Positions 38,100-49,600 are shown, counted from the first letter of the stretch. The stretch: 64,000 nucleotides of DNA from Bacteroidetes bacterium UBA6183 (GCA_002422865.1 DITN01000036.1:8246-72245); one strand, 5' to 3'. Numbers and translations: made by a program. The notes: a model not told the origin generated them from the letters alone.

Positions 38100-38689
38100 T
38101 GTTTATATATTTCAAATACCTACTCACAATCAGTTACTAAAAATAGCCACGTTGTTTTGTTGATAACCATAATTATATTCATCAAAGCATTGATTTATCA
38201 AGCACTTTAGCACATTATTAGTTGCATTAATCACGCACAAAATTGTTAGTCACAACATATTCACACACACATTCAATCATCGAAACAACAAACAAAAAAC
38301 GAAAACAAATTTACTTATCAATCCTTGTCAATACCTGATAATTCAAGTATCTTCATCTATTATTAAGAGCCCATGCTATAACATCATACAAATAACATTG
38401 CTTACAACACAACACCTATCTCATCATCATAAAAATACTTTTCGTGTATATTTTTTTTTACACTTGATTCAGATTGTTTATATATCGACTATAAAAACAC
38501 AACGTTTAAAAGACTTGGATTTTTCAATACATACAAAGCATTTTATAATTACCTCGTTATTGAAAAAATATACAAAATATTTAATGTAGTTATTCACATC
38601 TTTTTTTTCATTTATTAAAAAAAATAAAATATCAATCAACGAAAAAACATAAACAGTAACTATTATTGAAAGACTAATTGAAAAATATT
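38100..38689. other. Long AT-rich, G-poor non-coding region with DnaA-box-like and IHF-like motifs (possible oriC)
   Basis: TTATTCACA 38590-38598; 1-mismatch boxes at 38158, 38206, 38246, 38257; IHF consensus on the minus strand at 38183-38195. Confidence 0.35.
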
Positions 38690-39934
38690 ATGCATGCAGA
38701 AATCATCACAATTGGAGATGAAATTTTAATAGGACAAATTATAGATACGAACTCTAGTTGGCTTGGACAAGAGCTCAGCAAAATGGGTATTCAAGTTGTG
38801 CATCGCACTTCTGTTTCCGATAATGCGCAAGCCATTGTTAATGCATTAAACAGTGCCAAACAAAGAGCAGATATTATTATCACCACCGGGGGTTTAGGAC
38901 CTACTAAGGATGATATTACCAAACATACTTTTGCTAATTACTTTAATACAGAACTTATTTTAAACCAAGAAGTATTAACATGGGTAAGAGATATTTTTAA
39001 ACGCAGAAATTTACCTATGGTTGATAGCAATAATGCACAAGCACTGGTACCTGCAAATTGTGAAGTATTATTTAACCGAAGTGGAACAGCACCCGGAATG
39101 TGGTTTGATGAAGACGGGAAAATTTTCATCAGCATGCCTGGTGTTCCGTTTGAAATGAAAGTGATTTTTGAAGAGCAATGTATCCCACGTTTACACAAAC
39201 GTTTCTCGTTACCTGTAATTATTCATCGTACCATTTTAACATGTAACATAGGAGAGAGTTTTTTAGCACTAAAGTTAGAAACCATTGAAAACAATTTACC
39301 ACCACATATTAAGTTAGCCTACTTACCTGCAGTGGGTATGGTAAGGTTACGCTTAAGTGGTACACATCAACATTATGCTACGCTAAAAGAAGAAATAGAT
39401 GAAATTGTTGCTGAATTATACAACACTATTGGAGATCATATTTATGGTGAAGAAAACGACTCGTTAGAACATGTTGTTGGGGTACTTTTAAAATCATCTA
39501 ACAAAACTTTATCAACTGCAGAAAGTTGCACAGGTGGGTATATATCTCATCTCATTACTTCCATTCCCGGAAGTTCATCATATTACATGGGAAGTATCAT
39601 CAGTTACTCAAACGATGTGAAAACACATGAACTTGGTGTATCAAAACAAATATTAGAAACCAACGGTGCAGTTAGCGAAGGTTGTGTTACACAAATGGCC
39701 GAAGGAGTGCGTAAAAAACTAAAGACAGATTACGCCATTGCAACAAGTGGCATTGCCGGACCTGACGGAGGAACACCTGAAAAACCGGTAGGAACAGTTT
39801 GGATAGCAGTAAGCGGACCGAACGGAACTACTGCCAAACAATTTAACATGGGAGATAATCGTGAAAGAACTATACACAGAACTGCCATACAAGGTTTAGA
39901 CATGCTGCGTAAAATGTTACTTGAAGCTATTTAA
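38690..39934 (+). CDS. cinA: Competence/damage-inducible protein CinA (NMN deamidase C-domain)
   Basis: ITIGDEILIGQIIDTN, TGGLGPTKDD, STAESCTGG, SGIAGPDGG. Confidence 0.93.
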   Translation: MHAEIITIGDEILIGQIIDTNSSWLGQELSKMGIQVVHRTSVSDNAQAIVNALNSAKQRADIIITTGGLGPTKDDITKHTFANYFNTELILNQEVLTWVRDIFKRRNLPMVDSNNAQALVPANCEVLFNRSGTAPGMWFDEDGKIFISMPGVPFEMKVIFEEQCIPRLHKRFSLPVIIHRTILTCNIGESFLALKLETIENNLPPHIKLAYLPAVGMVRLRLSGTHQHYATLKEEIDEIVAELYNTIGDHIYGEENDSLEHVVGVLLKSSNKTLSTAESCTGGYISHLITSIPGSSSYYMGSIISYSNDVKTHELGVSKQILETNGAVSEGCVTQMAEGVRKKLKTDYAIATSGIAGPDGGTPEKPVGTVWIAVSGPNGTTAKQFNMGDNRERTIHRTAIQGLDMLRKMLLEAI

Positions 39935-40038
39935 TGTTTCAAACAAAAAAGCATCAAATAGAATATAATAAGGTATTCCGCTAATTAGACTTACCTTTGT
40001 GTTAAGTACGCTTATACTTTTATAGTACTTTATACAAC

Positions 40039-41364
40039 ATGACATTTGACGAATTAAATTTAATTGATCCCATTTTAAAAGCACTTAAAGAAGAAGGTTA
40101 TACCCATCCAACTCCTATACAAGCGCAAGCCATTCCATCATTATTACAAGGAAAAGATTTATTAGGTTGTGCCCAAACAGGTACAGGTAAAACAGCAGCA
40201 TTTGCAATTCCTATTATACAATTATTGTACAACGAACGCGAACAAGAACGTAAACGCAAACTGACATCAACTTTAATACTTACCCCAACCAGAGAGCTGG
40301 CCATACAAATTGGTGATAGTTTTGAAGCCTATGGAAGATACACCGGATTAAAACATACCGTTGTATTTGGTGGCGTTTCTCAACACGGCCAAACCAACGC
40401 CTTAAAACATGGTATCGATATTTTAATTGCTACTCCCGGTAGGTTATTGGATTTGATGCAACAAGGTTTTGTAGACCTAAACCATATTAAGTTATTTGTA
40501 TTAGATGAAGCAGATCGTATGCTTGATATGGGTTTTGTGCATGATGTAAAAAGAGTACTTGCCAAACTACCCAAACAAAAGCAATCATTGTTTTTTTCGG
40601 CAACTATGCCACCCGAAATTGTAAAGTTGGCTAACACCATTTTACACAACCCGGTAAAAGTTGAAGTAACCCCTGTTTCATCAACAGCAGAAAAAGTAGC
40701 ACAACAATTGTACTATGTAGACAAGACCAATAAAAAATCTTTGCTTATTGATTTACTCAAGAAAAAAGACATGCATAGTGTTTTGATTTTTGCACGTACC
40801 AAACATGGGGCAGATAGAATTGCAAAAGATTTAACCAAACAAGGATTTAAAACAGCCGCCATACACGGAGATAAATCTCAAAATGCACGTCAAAATGCAT
40901 TGAGTGATTTTAAAAATGGAGTAATCAGAAGTTTGGTTGCAACAGATATAGCTGCTCGTGGTATTGATATAGACAAATTAAGCCATGTAATTAATTACGA
41001 GGTACCCAATCAACCAGAAACTTATGTACACCGTATTGGACGTACCGGACGAGCTGCTGCTAGCGGAATTGCCATTAGTTTTTGCGATGCCGAAGAACGC
41101 GAATACATCCGTGATATCGAAAAACTGATTGGACAAAAAATACCTGTAATTGAAAATCATCCATACCCGATGCAGGATTTTAATCCCGCACCAAAAAGTG
41201 CCAACGACAGAAGACATCAAAAAAGGGGTGAACCTCGTACCCCATCAAAATCTAATAACGATAGCGGACGAAAATTTAAGGGCACAGGAACGAGAAGCGA
41301 AAATAAACCCCAGGGCGATAAAAAATTTAGTGGTAAACCGAAGTTTAATGGTAACAAATATTAA
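40039..41364 (+). CDS. rhlE: DEAD-box RNA helicase (RhlE-like)
   Basis: [37 protein letters not shown]; TACCTTTG at 39992-39999. Confidence 0.88.
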   Translation: MTFDELNLIDPILKALKEEGYTHPTPIQAQAIPSLLQGKDLLGCAQTGTGKTAAFAIPIIQLLYNEREQERKRKLTSTLILTPTRELAIQIGDSFEAYGRYTGLKHTVVFGGVSQHGQTNALKHGIDILIATPGRLLDLMQQGFVDLNHIKLFVLDEADRMLDMGFVHDVKRVLAKLPKQKQSLFFSATMPPEIVKLANTILHNPVKVEVTPVSSTAEKVAQQLYYVDKTNKKSLLIDLLKKKDMHSVLIFARTKHGADRIAKDLTKQGFKTAAIHGDKSQNARQNALSDFKNGVIRSLVATDIAARGIDIDKLSHVINYEVPNQPETYVHRIGRTGRAAASGIAISFCDAEEREYIRDIEKLIGQKIPVIENHPYPMQDFNPAPKSANDRRHQKRGEPRTPSKSNNDSGRKFKGTGTRSENKPQGDKKFSGKPKFNGNKY

Positions 41365-41586
41365 ACAAACACACTCCTATAAAGGCAGGCTGTAGTTCGC
41401 ACCTAAAATGTTGTACAATAAACTGCTTCTGAAAATATATGAGTTAAGTTTAATAATCATTGGCATAAGTCGGGCAAAAAATTAAATTTGCCCAAACATT
41501 TACAAGTGTAAAATTAGCAAACAGCACATTTTCAAAGAAATATAACTGGGCTAGTTTTCCCCTAATGCATAAATTGACTAAATATT

Positions 41587-42921
41587 ATGTCTGAATTTCA
41601 ATTGGTGATGCCCAAAATGGGCGAAAGTATTGCGGAAGCAACCATTATCCGCTGGGTTAAAAACGAAGGCGACATGATCGCTGCCGATGAAACCGTATTA
41701 GAAATTGCTACCGATAAAGTAGATTCTGAAGTACCATCTCCTAAAGGCGGTAAGCTTATAAAACGTTTATTTAATGAAGGTGATGTGGTACCTGTAGGTG
41801 CTGCCATTGCCATTATAGCATTAGAAGGTGGTGCAACAGCAACTCCATCAGCCCCAGCACCCGAGGTAAAAACAGCAGTAGCAGAAGTTGAAAAAACTGT
41901 TGTTGCTGCCATTAACACCACAAGTGCACCAAAACCAAGTAATGCCGGTGGCGCCCGCTTTTACAGTCCTTTAGTTTTAAACATAGCTAAGGAAGAAAAT
42001 GTAAGTATGGCCGAATTGGAAAACATTGAAGGCTCAGGAAACGAAGGTCGTGTTACCAAGCGTGATATTTTAGCATTTGTGCAAAACCGCAGCAGTGCTC
42101 CTGCACCAGCTCAAGTAACAACTGCCCCAGTAGCTTCTGCTCCTATCTCTCAGCCGGCTGCACAAACAGCTCAGGTACCTGCATTTAAAGCACCAAAAGT
42201 AACTTTGATGCCGGGTGATGAAATTATTGAGATGGATCGCATGCGTAAAATCATTGCCGAAAACATGGTTATGAGTAAGCATGTTTCTCCACACGTAACT
42301 TCATTTGTTGAGGCCGATGTAACCAACATGGTTAAATGGAGAGATAAAGCCAAAAAAGTATACGAAAAAAGAGAAGGCGAAAAAATCACTTTTACACCCA
42401 TGTTTATTGAGTGTGTGGTTAAAGCTATCAAAGATTACCCAATGATTAACATTGCTGTTGACGGTACAAACATCGTTAAACGCAAATCAATTAACGTGGG
42501 TATGGCAGCGGCACTGCCAAGTGGTAACCTAATTGTACCTGTGCTTAAAAATGCAGATAACATGAACCTAATTGGATTAACCAAAATGGTGAATGATTTG
42601 GCTAATCGTGCTCGCGCAAATAAATTATCACCGGATGAAATATCAGGTGGTACATTTACTTTAACCAATGTAGGTGGATTTGGTAATGTGATGGGTACTC
42701 CAATTATCAGCCAACCTCAGGTAGCTATTATGGCAACAGGTACTATTAAAAAGAAACCGGCTGTGATGGAAACTGAAATGGGTGATGTTATTGCCATTCG
42801 TCATATCATGTTCCTTTCATTAAGTTATGATCACCGTGTGGTTGATGGTTCGTTAGGTGGTTCTTTCTTGCGTAGAGTAGCAGACTACATGGAACAATGG
42901 GATATCAATCGTGAGATTTAA
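41587..42921 (+). CDS. 2-oxoacid dehydrogenase E2 (dihydrolipoamide acyltransferase), probably branched-chain type
   Basis: Lipoyl domain IATDKVDSE, E3-binding GSGNEGRVTKRD, catalytic DHRVVDG; TAAATTTG at 41483-41490. Confidence 0.9.
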   Translation: MSEFQLVMPKMGESIAEATIIRWVKNEGDMIAADETVLEIATDKVDSEVPSPKGGKLIKRLFNEGDVVPVGAAIAIIALEGGATATPSAPAPEVKTAVAEVEKTVVAAINTTSAPKPSNAGGARFYSPLVLNIAKEENVSMAELENIEGSGNEGRVTKRDILAFVQNRSSAPAPAQVTTAPVASAPISQPAAQTAQVPAFKAPKVTLMPGDEIIEMDRMRKIIAENMVMSKHVSPHVTSFVEADVTNMVKWRDKAKKVYEKREGEKITFTPMFIECVVKAIKDYPMINIAVDGTNIVKRKSINVGMAAALPSGNLIVPVLKNADNMNLIGLTKMVNDLANRARANKLSPDEISGGTFTLTNVGGFGNVMGTPIISQPQVAIMATGTIKKKPAVMETEMGDVIAIRHIMFLSLSYDHRVVDGSLGGSFLRRVADYMEQWDINREI

Positions 42922-42952
42922 ATCATGAGATCTATCTATTTATAAATTATAC

Positions 42953-42984
42953 AAGGCCACTTACAGAAAGTAAGTGGCCTTTTG
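42953..42984 (+). terminator. Intrinsic terminator
   Basis: AAGGCCACTTAC-AGAAA-GTAAGTGGCCTTTT. Confidence 0.88.
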
Positions 42985-43115
42985 TTTATAGAGATATGCT
43001 GATTAAAGTTATTTGTTAACCTGATTATATTCAGTTTCAACCTTATAATTTTAACTTAACTTGCGGTATAAGTGCTTATTTGATTGCAAATAAGTATCGA
43101 ATTGAAATACCCCTA

Positions 43116-46100
43116 ATGAAAACACTTAAAACGAACTTTTACGAATTGCTGAAAAGCGATGAAACAATTTTTGACTTTTTCCTGCAATATGCGCTTGATG
43201 GCCTGATTTATTATGATTTAAAAAGTCCTGGAAATTCATGGATTAACGATAAACTGTTAAATGTTCTGGGGTTTGATGATGAATATAACATATCAAATCA
43301 TGACCAAATTTTAACTTCACAAATAAATGACTCTATTAATCTGCTAAGATTAAAAAAACACAATACAACTGAACTTCATTTCAAACATAAAAGTGGCAAG
43401 TCTGTTTGGATGGAAACCCGAAGTATTTTTTATGAGCCAAACAAATTAATACTTGCCCTAAGAAACATAACTCAAAGCAAAGAACGTGAACTTATTTTAG
43501 ATAGCTGTAATCAACAAGCGCATATTGGATACTGGGAAATTGACGTATTAGCTGGCACTAAGCCAGTTTGGAGTAGCGTAACTAGAGAAATACATGAGGT
43601 AGATGCTAATTATGAACCATTATTAGAAAATGCCATCTTGTTTTATAGAGAAGGCAGTTGTCGAGAGCTAATTTCAGAACTATACAATCGCGCAGTTAGT
43701 GAAGGTACACCATATTTAGTAGAACTTGAAATAGTAACCGCCAAAGGCAATATAAAATGGGTTAAAACAACATGTGTTCCAGAATTTATTGACGGTAAAT
43801 GTATAAGAACTTATGGAACATTTCAGGATATTACCAATGAAAAAAACTTGACCCGACAACTAGAGGAAGAAAAAGTTAAGTTGAGTAATGCTATTGATGG
43901 TGCCAGAATTGCAACTTGGGAATGGAATGTACAAACAGGCACAACTGTTTTTAACAAGCGATGGGCAGAAATGTTAGGATACACCCTTGATGAGCTTGCT
44001 CCTGTTAGTATTAATACATGGCTTAATTTAGCCCATCCTGATGATTTAAAAAAATCTGAAAAACTTTTGAACGACTGTTTCAGTAAAAAATCAGCCTATT
44101 ATGAAGGTGAGTTTCGTATGAAACATAAAAATGGAGATTGGATTTGGGTGTATGATAAAGGAAAAGTATTCAGTTGGACTGATGATGGAAAACCGTTAAT
44201 GATGTATGGTATCCACCTTGATATTACAGAAAAGATTAATGAAATTGACCAATACATAGGTTTTATAAAACACGCTCCATCGGCAATTGCAATGTTTGAT
44301 ATTGATATGAGATATATGGCGGTATCAGAGCAGTGGGTTAAAGACTATGGATTAAAAGACGTATCTGAAGTAATTGGTAAAACTCATTATGAATTATTAC
44401 CTGAAATTGGTGATGATTGGAAAGCGATACACCAAAAGTGTTTAACCGGAGAAAAAGCGTCAAGAGACGAAGATAAATTTACACGAATAAATGGGGACAT
44501 TCAACGGCTAAAATGGGCCATTAAACCTTGGTATAACGCAAATGCACAAGTAGGCGGTTTGATCATGATGACAGAAGACATCACCGAAGCCATTAACAAT
44601 AAAGAGTTACTTCATATTAGCGAAGAAACTTTTAGAGGAAACTTTGAATATGCATCAATTGGCATGGCCATTTCTGATAATACCGGAAAAGGAATAAAAG
44701 TAAACAAAACACTCTGCGATATGCTGGGATATTCTGCCCCGGAATTACTCGATATATCATTTGTAGAAATTACTCACCCAGATGATTTAGAAAAAGATTT
44801 AGCCTTATTAAAAAAGGTATCTGATGGAGAAATAAACAGCTACCAAATTGAAAAAAGGTGTTTTCATAAAAATGGAAAACTAGTTTATATCATACTTGCG
44901 TTATCAGTAGTTAAGAATGAGGATGGAAGCATCCTATACTACATCACACAAATGGTTGATATTTCTCAACTGAAGGATACTGAAAAAAAACTAGAACAAG
45001 CGCTATTACATAACCAATCTATTTTAGATGCGAGTACACAAATTTCTATCATAGGAACTGATGAAAATGGGATAGTGACTACTTTCAACGTTGGAGCCGA
45101 AAACTTGCTGGGATACTCAGCAGATGAGGTGCTGAATAAAAAACTTGTAACAGATTTTCATTTATCTGAGGAACTAATTACGAAGGCAACAAAAATACAA
45201 GAAGAAACAGGCAAAGACATTTCAAATTTTGATGTATTGATTCATTTAATTGAAAATGAAAAAGCACTTGTAAGCGAGTGGACATACGTAAATAAAAATC
45301 ATGAACAATTCCCAATTTTACTCTCGTTAAACAGCGTTAAGCAACATAACAAAACTATTGGATATTTAGGTATTGGAATTAATATCACCGAGATTAAGAA
45401 AGCAGAAAAAGATATTGAAAGTTTGCTTAATGCCACTCAAGATCAAAACTTACGTTTACGAAATTTTGCCCATATTGTATCACATAACCTACGTTCGCAT
45501 TCCGGAAACATAAGCGCCCTTATTGATATTTTACAAGTAGAACAAAAAGTACTTGAAGAGAATGTAGTGTTTAGTTATTTAAAGGCTGCTTCAACCAATT
45601 TGAAAGAAACCATTGACCACCTGAACACTGTAGCGGCACTTAATGCATCTGGCACGCAAAAATCAGAAAAAATAAACATCAAACCACTTATTGAAGCGGC
45701 CATTAGCAATGTTACAGGATTGGCTTACGATGCTAAAGTTGCTATACAAAACTTAGTAAATGAAGACATTTTTATATCCGGAGATTTGGCTTATTTAGAT
45801 AGTATTTTTCTTAACCTATTAACCAATGGCATAAAATACCGCTCAACAGAGCGTAACAGTTATATTATTGTTTCTGCAAAACAAACAGATGAATACATTG
45901 CCATAAGTTTTAAAGACAATGGACTTGGAATTGATTTACAGAAAAATGGAAGTAAACTTTTTGGAATGTATAAAACCTTTCATAAAAATCCTGATGCAAG
46001 AGGTGTTGGCTTATTTATTACTAAGAACCAAATTGAAGCCATGGGTGGTAAAATTAAAGTAGAAAGTACTGTTAATGTTGGATCAATATTTACTGTTTAT

Positions 46101-46118
46101 CTAAAATTGGCACAATAG
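43116..46118 (+). CDS. Cytoplasmic multi-PAS sensor histidine kinase (orphan)
   Basis: About six PAS/PAC repeats (e.g. HPDD..FRMKHKNGDWIW); SHNLRSH, NLLTNGIKY, DNGLG, RGVGL; no TM; ATG 43116 preferred. Confidence 0.9.
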   Translation: MKTLKTNFYELLKSDETIFDFFLQYALDGLIYYDLKSPGNSWINDKLLNVLGFDDEYNISNHDQILTSQINDSINLLRLKKHNTTELHFKHKSGKSVWMETRSIFYEPNKLILALRNITQSKERELILDSCNQQAHIGYWEIDVLAGTKPVWSSVTREIHEVDANYEPLLENAILFYREGSCRELISELYNRAVSEGTPYLVELEIVTAKGNIKWVKTTCVPEFIDGKCIRTYGTFQDITNEKNLTRQLEEEKVKLSNAIDGARIATWEWNVQTGTTVFNKRWAEMLGYTLDELAPVSINTWLNLAHPDDLKKSEKLLNDCFSKKSAYYEGEFRMKHKNGDWIWVYDKGKVFSWTDDGKPLMMYGIHLDITEKINEIDQYIGFIKHAPSAIAMFDIDMRYMAVSEQWVKDYGLKDVSEVIGKTHYELLPEIGDDWKAIHQKCLTGEKASRDEDKFTRINGDIQRLKWAIKPWYNANAQVGGLIMMTEDITEAINNKELLHISEETFRGNFEYASIGMAISDNTGKGIKVNKTLCDMLGYSAPELLDISFVEITHPDDLEKDLALLKKVSDGEINSYQIEKRCFHKNGKLVYIILALSVVKNEDGSILYYITQMVDISQLKDTEKKLEQALLHNQSILDASTQISIIGTDENGIVTTFNVGAENLLGYSADEVLNKKLVTDFHLSEELITKATKIQEETGKDISNFDVLIHLIENEKALVSEWTYVNKNHEQFPILLSLNSVKQHNKTIGYLGIGINITEIKKAEKDIESLLNATQDQNLRLRNFAHIVSHNLRSHSGNISALIDILQVEQKVLEENVVFSYLKAASTNLKETIDHLNTVAALNASGTQKSEKINIKPLIEAAISNVTGLAYDAKVAIQNLVNEDIFISGDLAYLDSIFLNLLTNGIKYRSTERNSYIIVSAKQTDEYIAISFKDNGLGIDLQKNGSKLFGMYKTFHKNPDARGVGLFITKNQIEAMGGKIKVESTVNVGSIFTVYLKLAQ

Positions 46119-46211
46119 CTATTAAAAAACGAAAGTTTCTTCAGACATCAAACAAAGAATTTCTTTTACAAAACTTTAACGCAAAAGTAGCGTTAATTGT
46201 CTTATTAGCCG

Positions 46212-46219
46212 TAGATTTG
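46212..46219 (+). promoter_or_regulatory. -7 box (TAGATTTG) of the leader ORF / czc operon
   Basis: Exact TAnnTTTG 23 nt before TTG 46243. Confidence 0.6.
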
Positions 46220-46242
46220 CGACCTCATTAAAAGCCCCAAAA

Positions 46243-46539
46243 TTGGATAAAAGAATTAAATACCTATACCTTGTTGTTGTTACCCTATTGGCACTCAGCT
46301 ATTTGCTGCCAACCATGGTGAGCACTACACTTGTATTTGATAATTTAATTGAACAAACCACGTCTGAATCTTCAGACATGAAATTACAGAAAGAAGACCT
46401 AACCGATTCGGAAATAACAGCACCTGAGGAATGTTTGGTATGTGTTTACCCTCATCGTTGCATTACGCTAGATTACTTGATTAATCAAGCACCAAAAGAG
46501 CCTGTAATACAACAAAACACGCCTCCACCACAGGGATAA
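46243..46539 (+). CDS. Small membrane-anchored CxxC/PPP protein, putative regulatory leader ORF
   Basis: N-terminal TM, acidic linker, C64-x-x-C67..C73, TPPPQG* end; first ORF after the promoter. Confidence 0.6.
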   Translation: MDKRIKYLYLVVVTLLALSYLLPTMVSTTLVFDNLIEQTTSESSDMKLQKEDLTDSEITAPEECLVCVYPHRCITLDYLINQAPKEPVIQQNTPPPQG

Positions 46540-46608
46540 TAAACCCCTGCACTATTTTCTCTTGCGCGTAAATCCGTGCTTTCTATTTTATTAAACTAAT
46601 CAAACTAA

Positions 46609-49600
46609 ATGATTGATAAATTAATTACGTATAGTACACGTAGTCCTTGGACTATTGGCTTTTTGATACTAATACTTACTGTTTGGGGTGGATACTCCTT
46701 ACAAAAATTACCCATTGATGCAGTGCCTGATGTAACCACCAATCAGGTTGATGTAATCACCAATTCGCCTAATCTTTCTTCGCTAGAAATAGAACGTTTT
46801 ATTACCACGCCAATAGAAATGGCTATGGCCAATATTCCGGGTTTAATTGAAGTTCGTTCTAACTCAAAATTTGGAAGCAGCGTTGTAAAACTCATTTTTA
46901 AAGATGAGGTTGATATTTACTGGGCCCGTCAACAAGTTTTTGAACGCTTAGAATATGTTAAAAGTGAAATTCCAGAAGGAGCAGGCACGCCTATTTTAGG
47001 GCCGGCATCAACAGGATTAGGAGAAATTTACCAATATGTAATTCGACCTACTGATATAAAAAACAGCAAATACACCACCACCGAAATTCGTACCATACAA
47101 GATTGGGTAGTGCGTAGAAAATTACTTGGACTAAACGGTGTTGCTGATGTGAGTGGTTATGGTGGATTCACCAAAGAATATCAAGCCAAAATTAAACCGG
47201 AGCGGTTAAAATCTTTAGGCATTACGGTTGATGAATTGTATGAAGCTTTGGCTAAAGGAAACAGCAATACCGGAGGTGCATACATTGAAAAAGATAACAA
47301 AGCATACACCATCAGAGGAATTGGTTTAGCCAAAAACCTGGAAGACATAGCCAATACAGTTATTGAAACCAGAAACGGGGTACCTATTTTAGTTAAGGAA
47401 GTTGCTGATGTGGAGTTCGGACATGCCCTAAGATATGGAGCTTTAACCATGAATGGTGAAGGTGATGTGGTTGGTGGCTCAATACTAATGATGAAAGGTG
47501 CCAATGGTAACCAAGTAATTCTGGATGTAAAAAAACGTATGGCCGAAATTCAGGAAATGTTACCCGAAGGATTAACCATTGAGCCATTTGTAGACCGTTC
47601 TAAGTTAGTAAATGCAGCCATTAAAACAGTGGCAACCAACCTCATTGAAGGAGCAATTATTGTGTTTGTGGTTATTCTACTATTGTTAGGAAACTTACGT
47701 GCAGGTTTGTTAGCGGCATCTGTCATTCCACTTTCCATGTTGTTTGCTTTTATCATGATGAATTACACCGGTGTTGTTGGTAACATTATGAGTTTAGGAG
47801 CCATTGATTTTGGCTTGTTGGTTGACCCGGCCATTATAGTAGTAGAAAGTGTGGTACTGTTTTTAGCAGTGGCCATGAGTAAACGACTAAGAGAAAATCC
47901 GCATGCAAAAATTACGTATAAAGACAGACAAGATATTGTAATCGAATCAACCATAACCATTAAAAAATCGGTTGTGTTTGGTGGGTTGATTATTCTGATT
48001 GTGTACTTCCCTATTTTAACCTTACAAGGTGTAGAAGGAAAAATGTTCAGCCCAATGGCTAAAACTGTTGGTTACGCCATTATAGGTGCCTTAATACTGG
48101 CATTAACCTATGTACCCATGATGAGTGCCTTGATTTTACGTCCGGCAAAATCATTACATCATGATGATATCGGAGCTAAAATTGTAAACTTCTTTTTAAA
48201 AGGAATTAACCCACTTTTTAACACTTGTTTAAAATACAAAAAAGCAGTTGTAGCATTTGCGGGTGTGGTCATATTTGCGGGCTACATTGGTTTTTCAAAT
48301 ATTGGTGGCGAGTTTATTCCAAAGTTACAAGAAGGTGATATTTTAATTGATATGAATTTACCAATCGGAACACCTCTTACCGAGTCAATATCACAAAGTA
48401 ACAATATTCAAAAATTCTTGATGAAAGAATACCCTGATGAGATAGAAAGAATCGTATCTAAAATTGGTACATCAGAGGTAAAGGTTGATCCGCTTCCTTT
48501 AGAATCTCAGGAAATATCAGTGGTACTAAAAGACAAAAAGCATTGGACCAAAACAAAACAACAAGAAGAATTAGCCGCAATGTTTAACGAATCAATGAAA
48601 CAATTTCCGGGAATTATTTTATCCATTCAACAACCTATTGAAAGTAGGGTAAATGATATGATGAGTGGCGCAAGGACGGATGTTGTAGTGCAATTATACG
48701 GACCCGATTTAGATACATTGGTTAAAAAAGGAAATGAAATTATTCAATTGGTAAAAACTGTTCCCGGTGCTGTTGATGTGCAGGAGAATAAAGTATTTGG
48801 CTTGCCGCAAATTAACATTGAGTACGACAGAAAAGCCATGGCCTTGTATGGTGTAAAAGTTGAACAAGTAAACCGTGCAATTCAAACTGCATTTGGTGGC
48901 GCTACTGCCGGGGTTATATACGAAAACGACAAACGTTTTGATTTAACATTAAGGTTGGTTGGAGAAGAACGTGTGAAACGTGAAAACATAGACAACTTAA
49001 TGATAGAGGCCGACAACGGACAACCTGTACCATTAAAAGAATTGGCTACCATACAAGAAGATGTTGGACCATCAGAAATTGGACACGAAGGCCTACAACG
49101 TAGGGTTAATCTAGGTTTTAATGTACGTGGACGTGATTTGGAAAGTGTGGTAAACGATGTAATGAAATTAGTGGATAGCAAAGTTCAATTACCGGAAAAT
49201 TACCGCGTAACTTATGGTGGTGAGTTCGAAAACTTTAGTCGTGCCAAAGGCACATTAGCCATCGTTGTTCCAATTTCGTTGCTCATTATTTTAGGATTAT
49301 TGTATCTAACATTTGGCAACTTTAAAGACAGTTTGCTCATTTATTCTGTAGTTCCTTTATCGGCAGTTGGTGGTGTTTTATCTTTACTTATACGTGATAT
49401 GAATTTTAGTATATCTGCAGGTGTTGGATTTATTGCCTTGTTTGGTGTGGCCGTGTTAAACGGAATTTTATTGGTGAGCCATTTTAACCATTTGGGTACA
49501 CTGGGCATTAACGATTTAGACCAACGCGTAAAACAAGGATTACAAGAACGCATCAGGCCGGTGTTGATGACATCATTAGTAGCCGCATTAGGGTTTATGC

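Noticed and set aside
38398-38589. 63-aa ORF in the long intergenic region
   Set aside because: Composition (F/I/K/L/T/Y-rich) is what AT-rich non-coding DNA yields; no motif; TTG start
26393-42921. pdhB and an E2 gene without E1-alpha or E3 neighbours
   Set aside because: Dispersed 2-oxoacid dehydrogenase genes are normal in Bacteroidota
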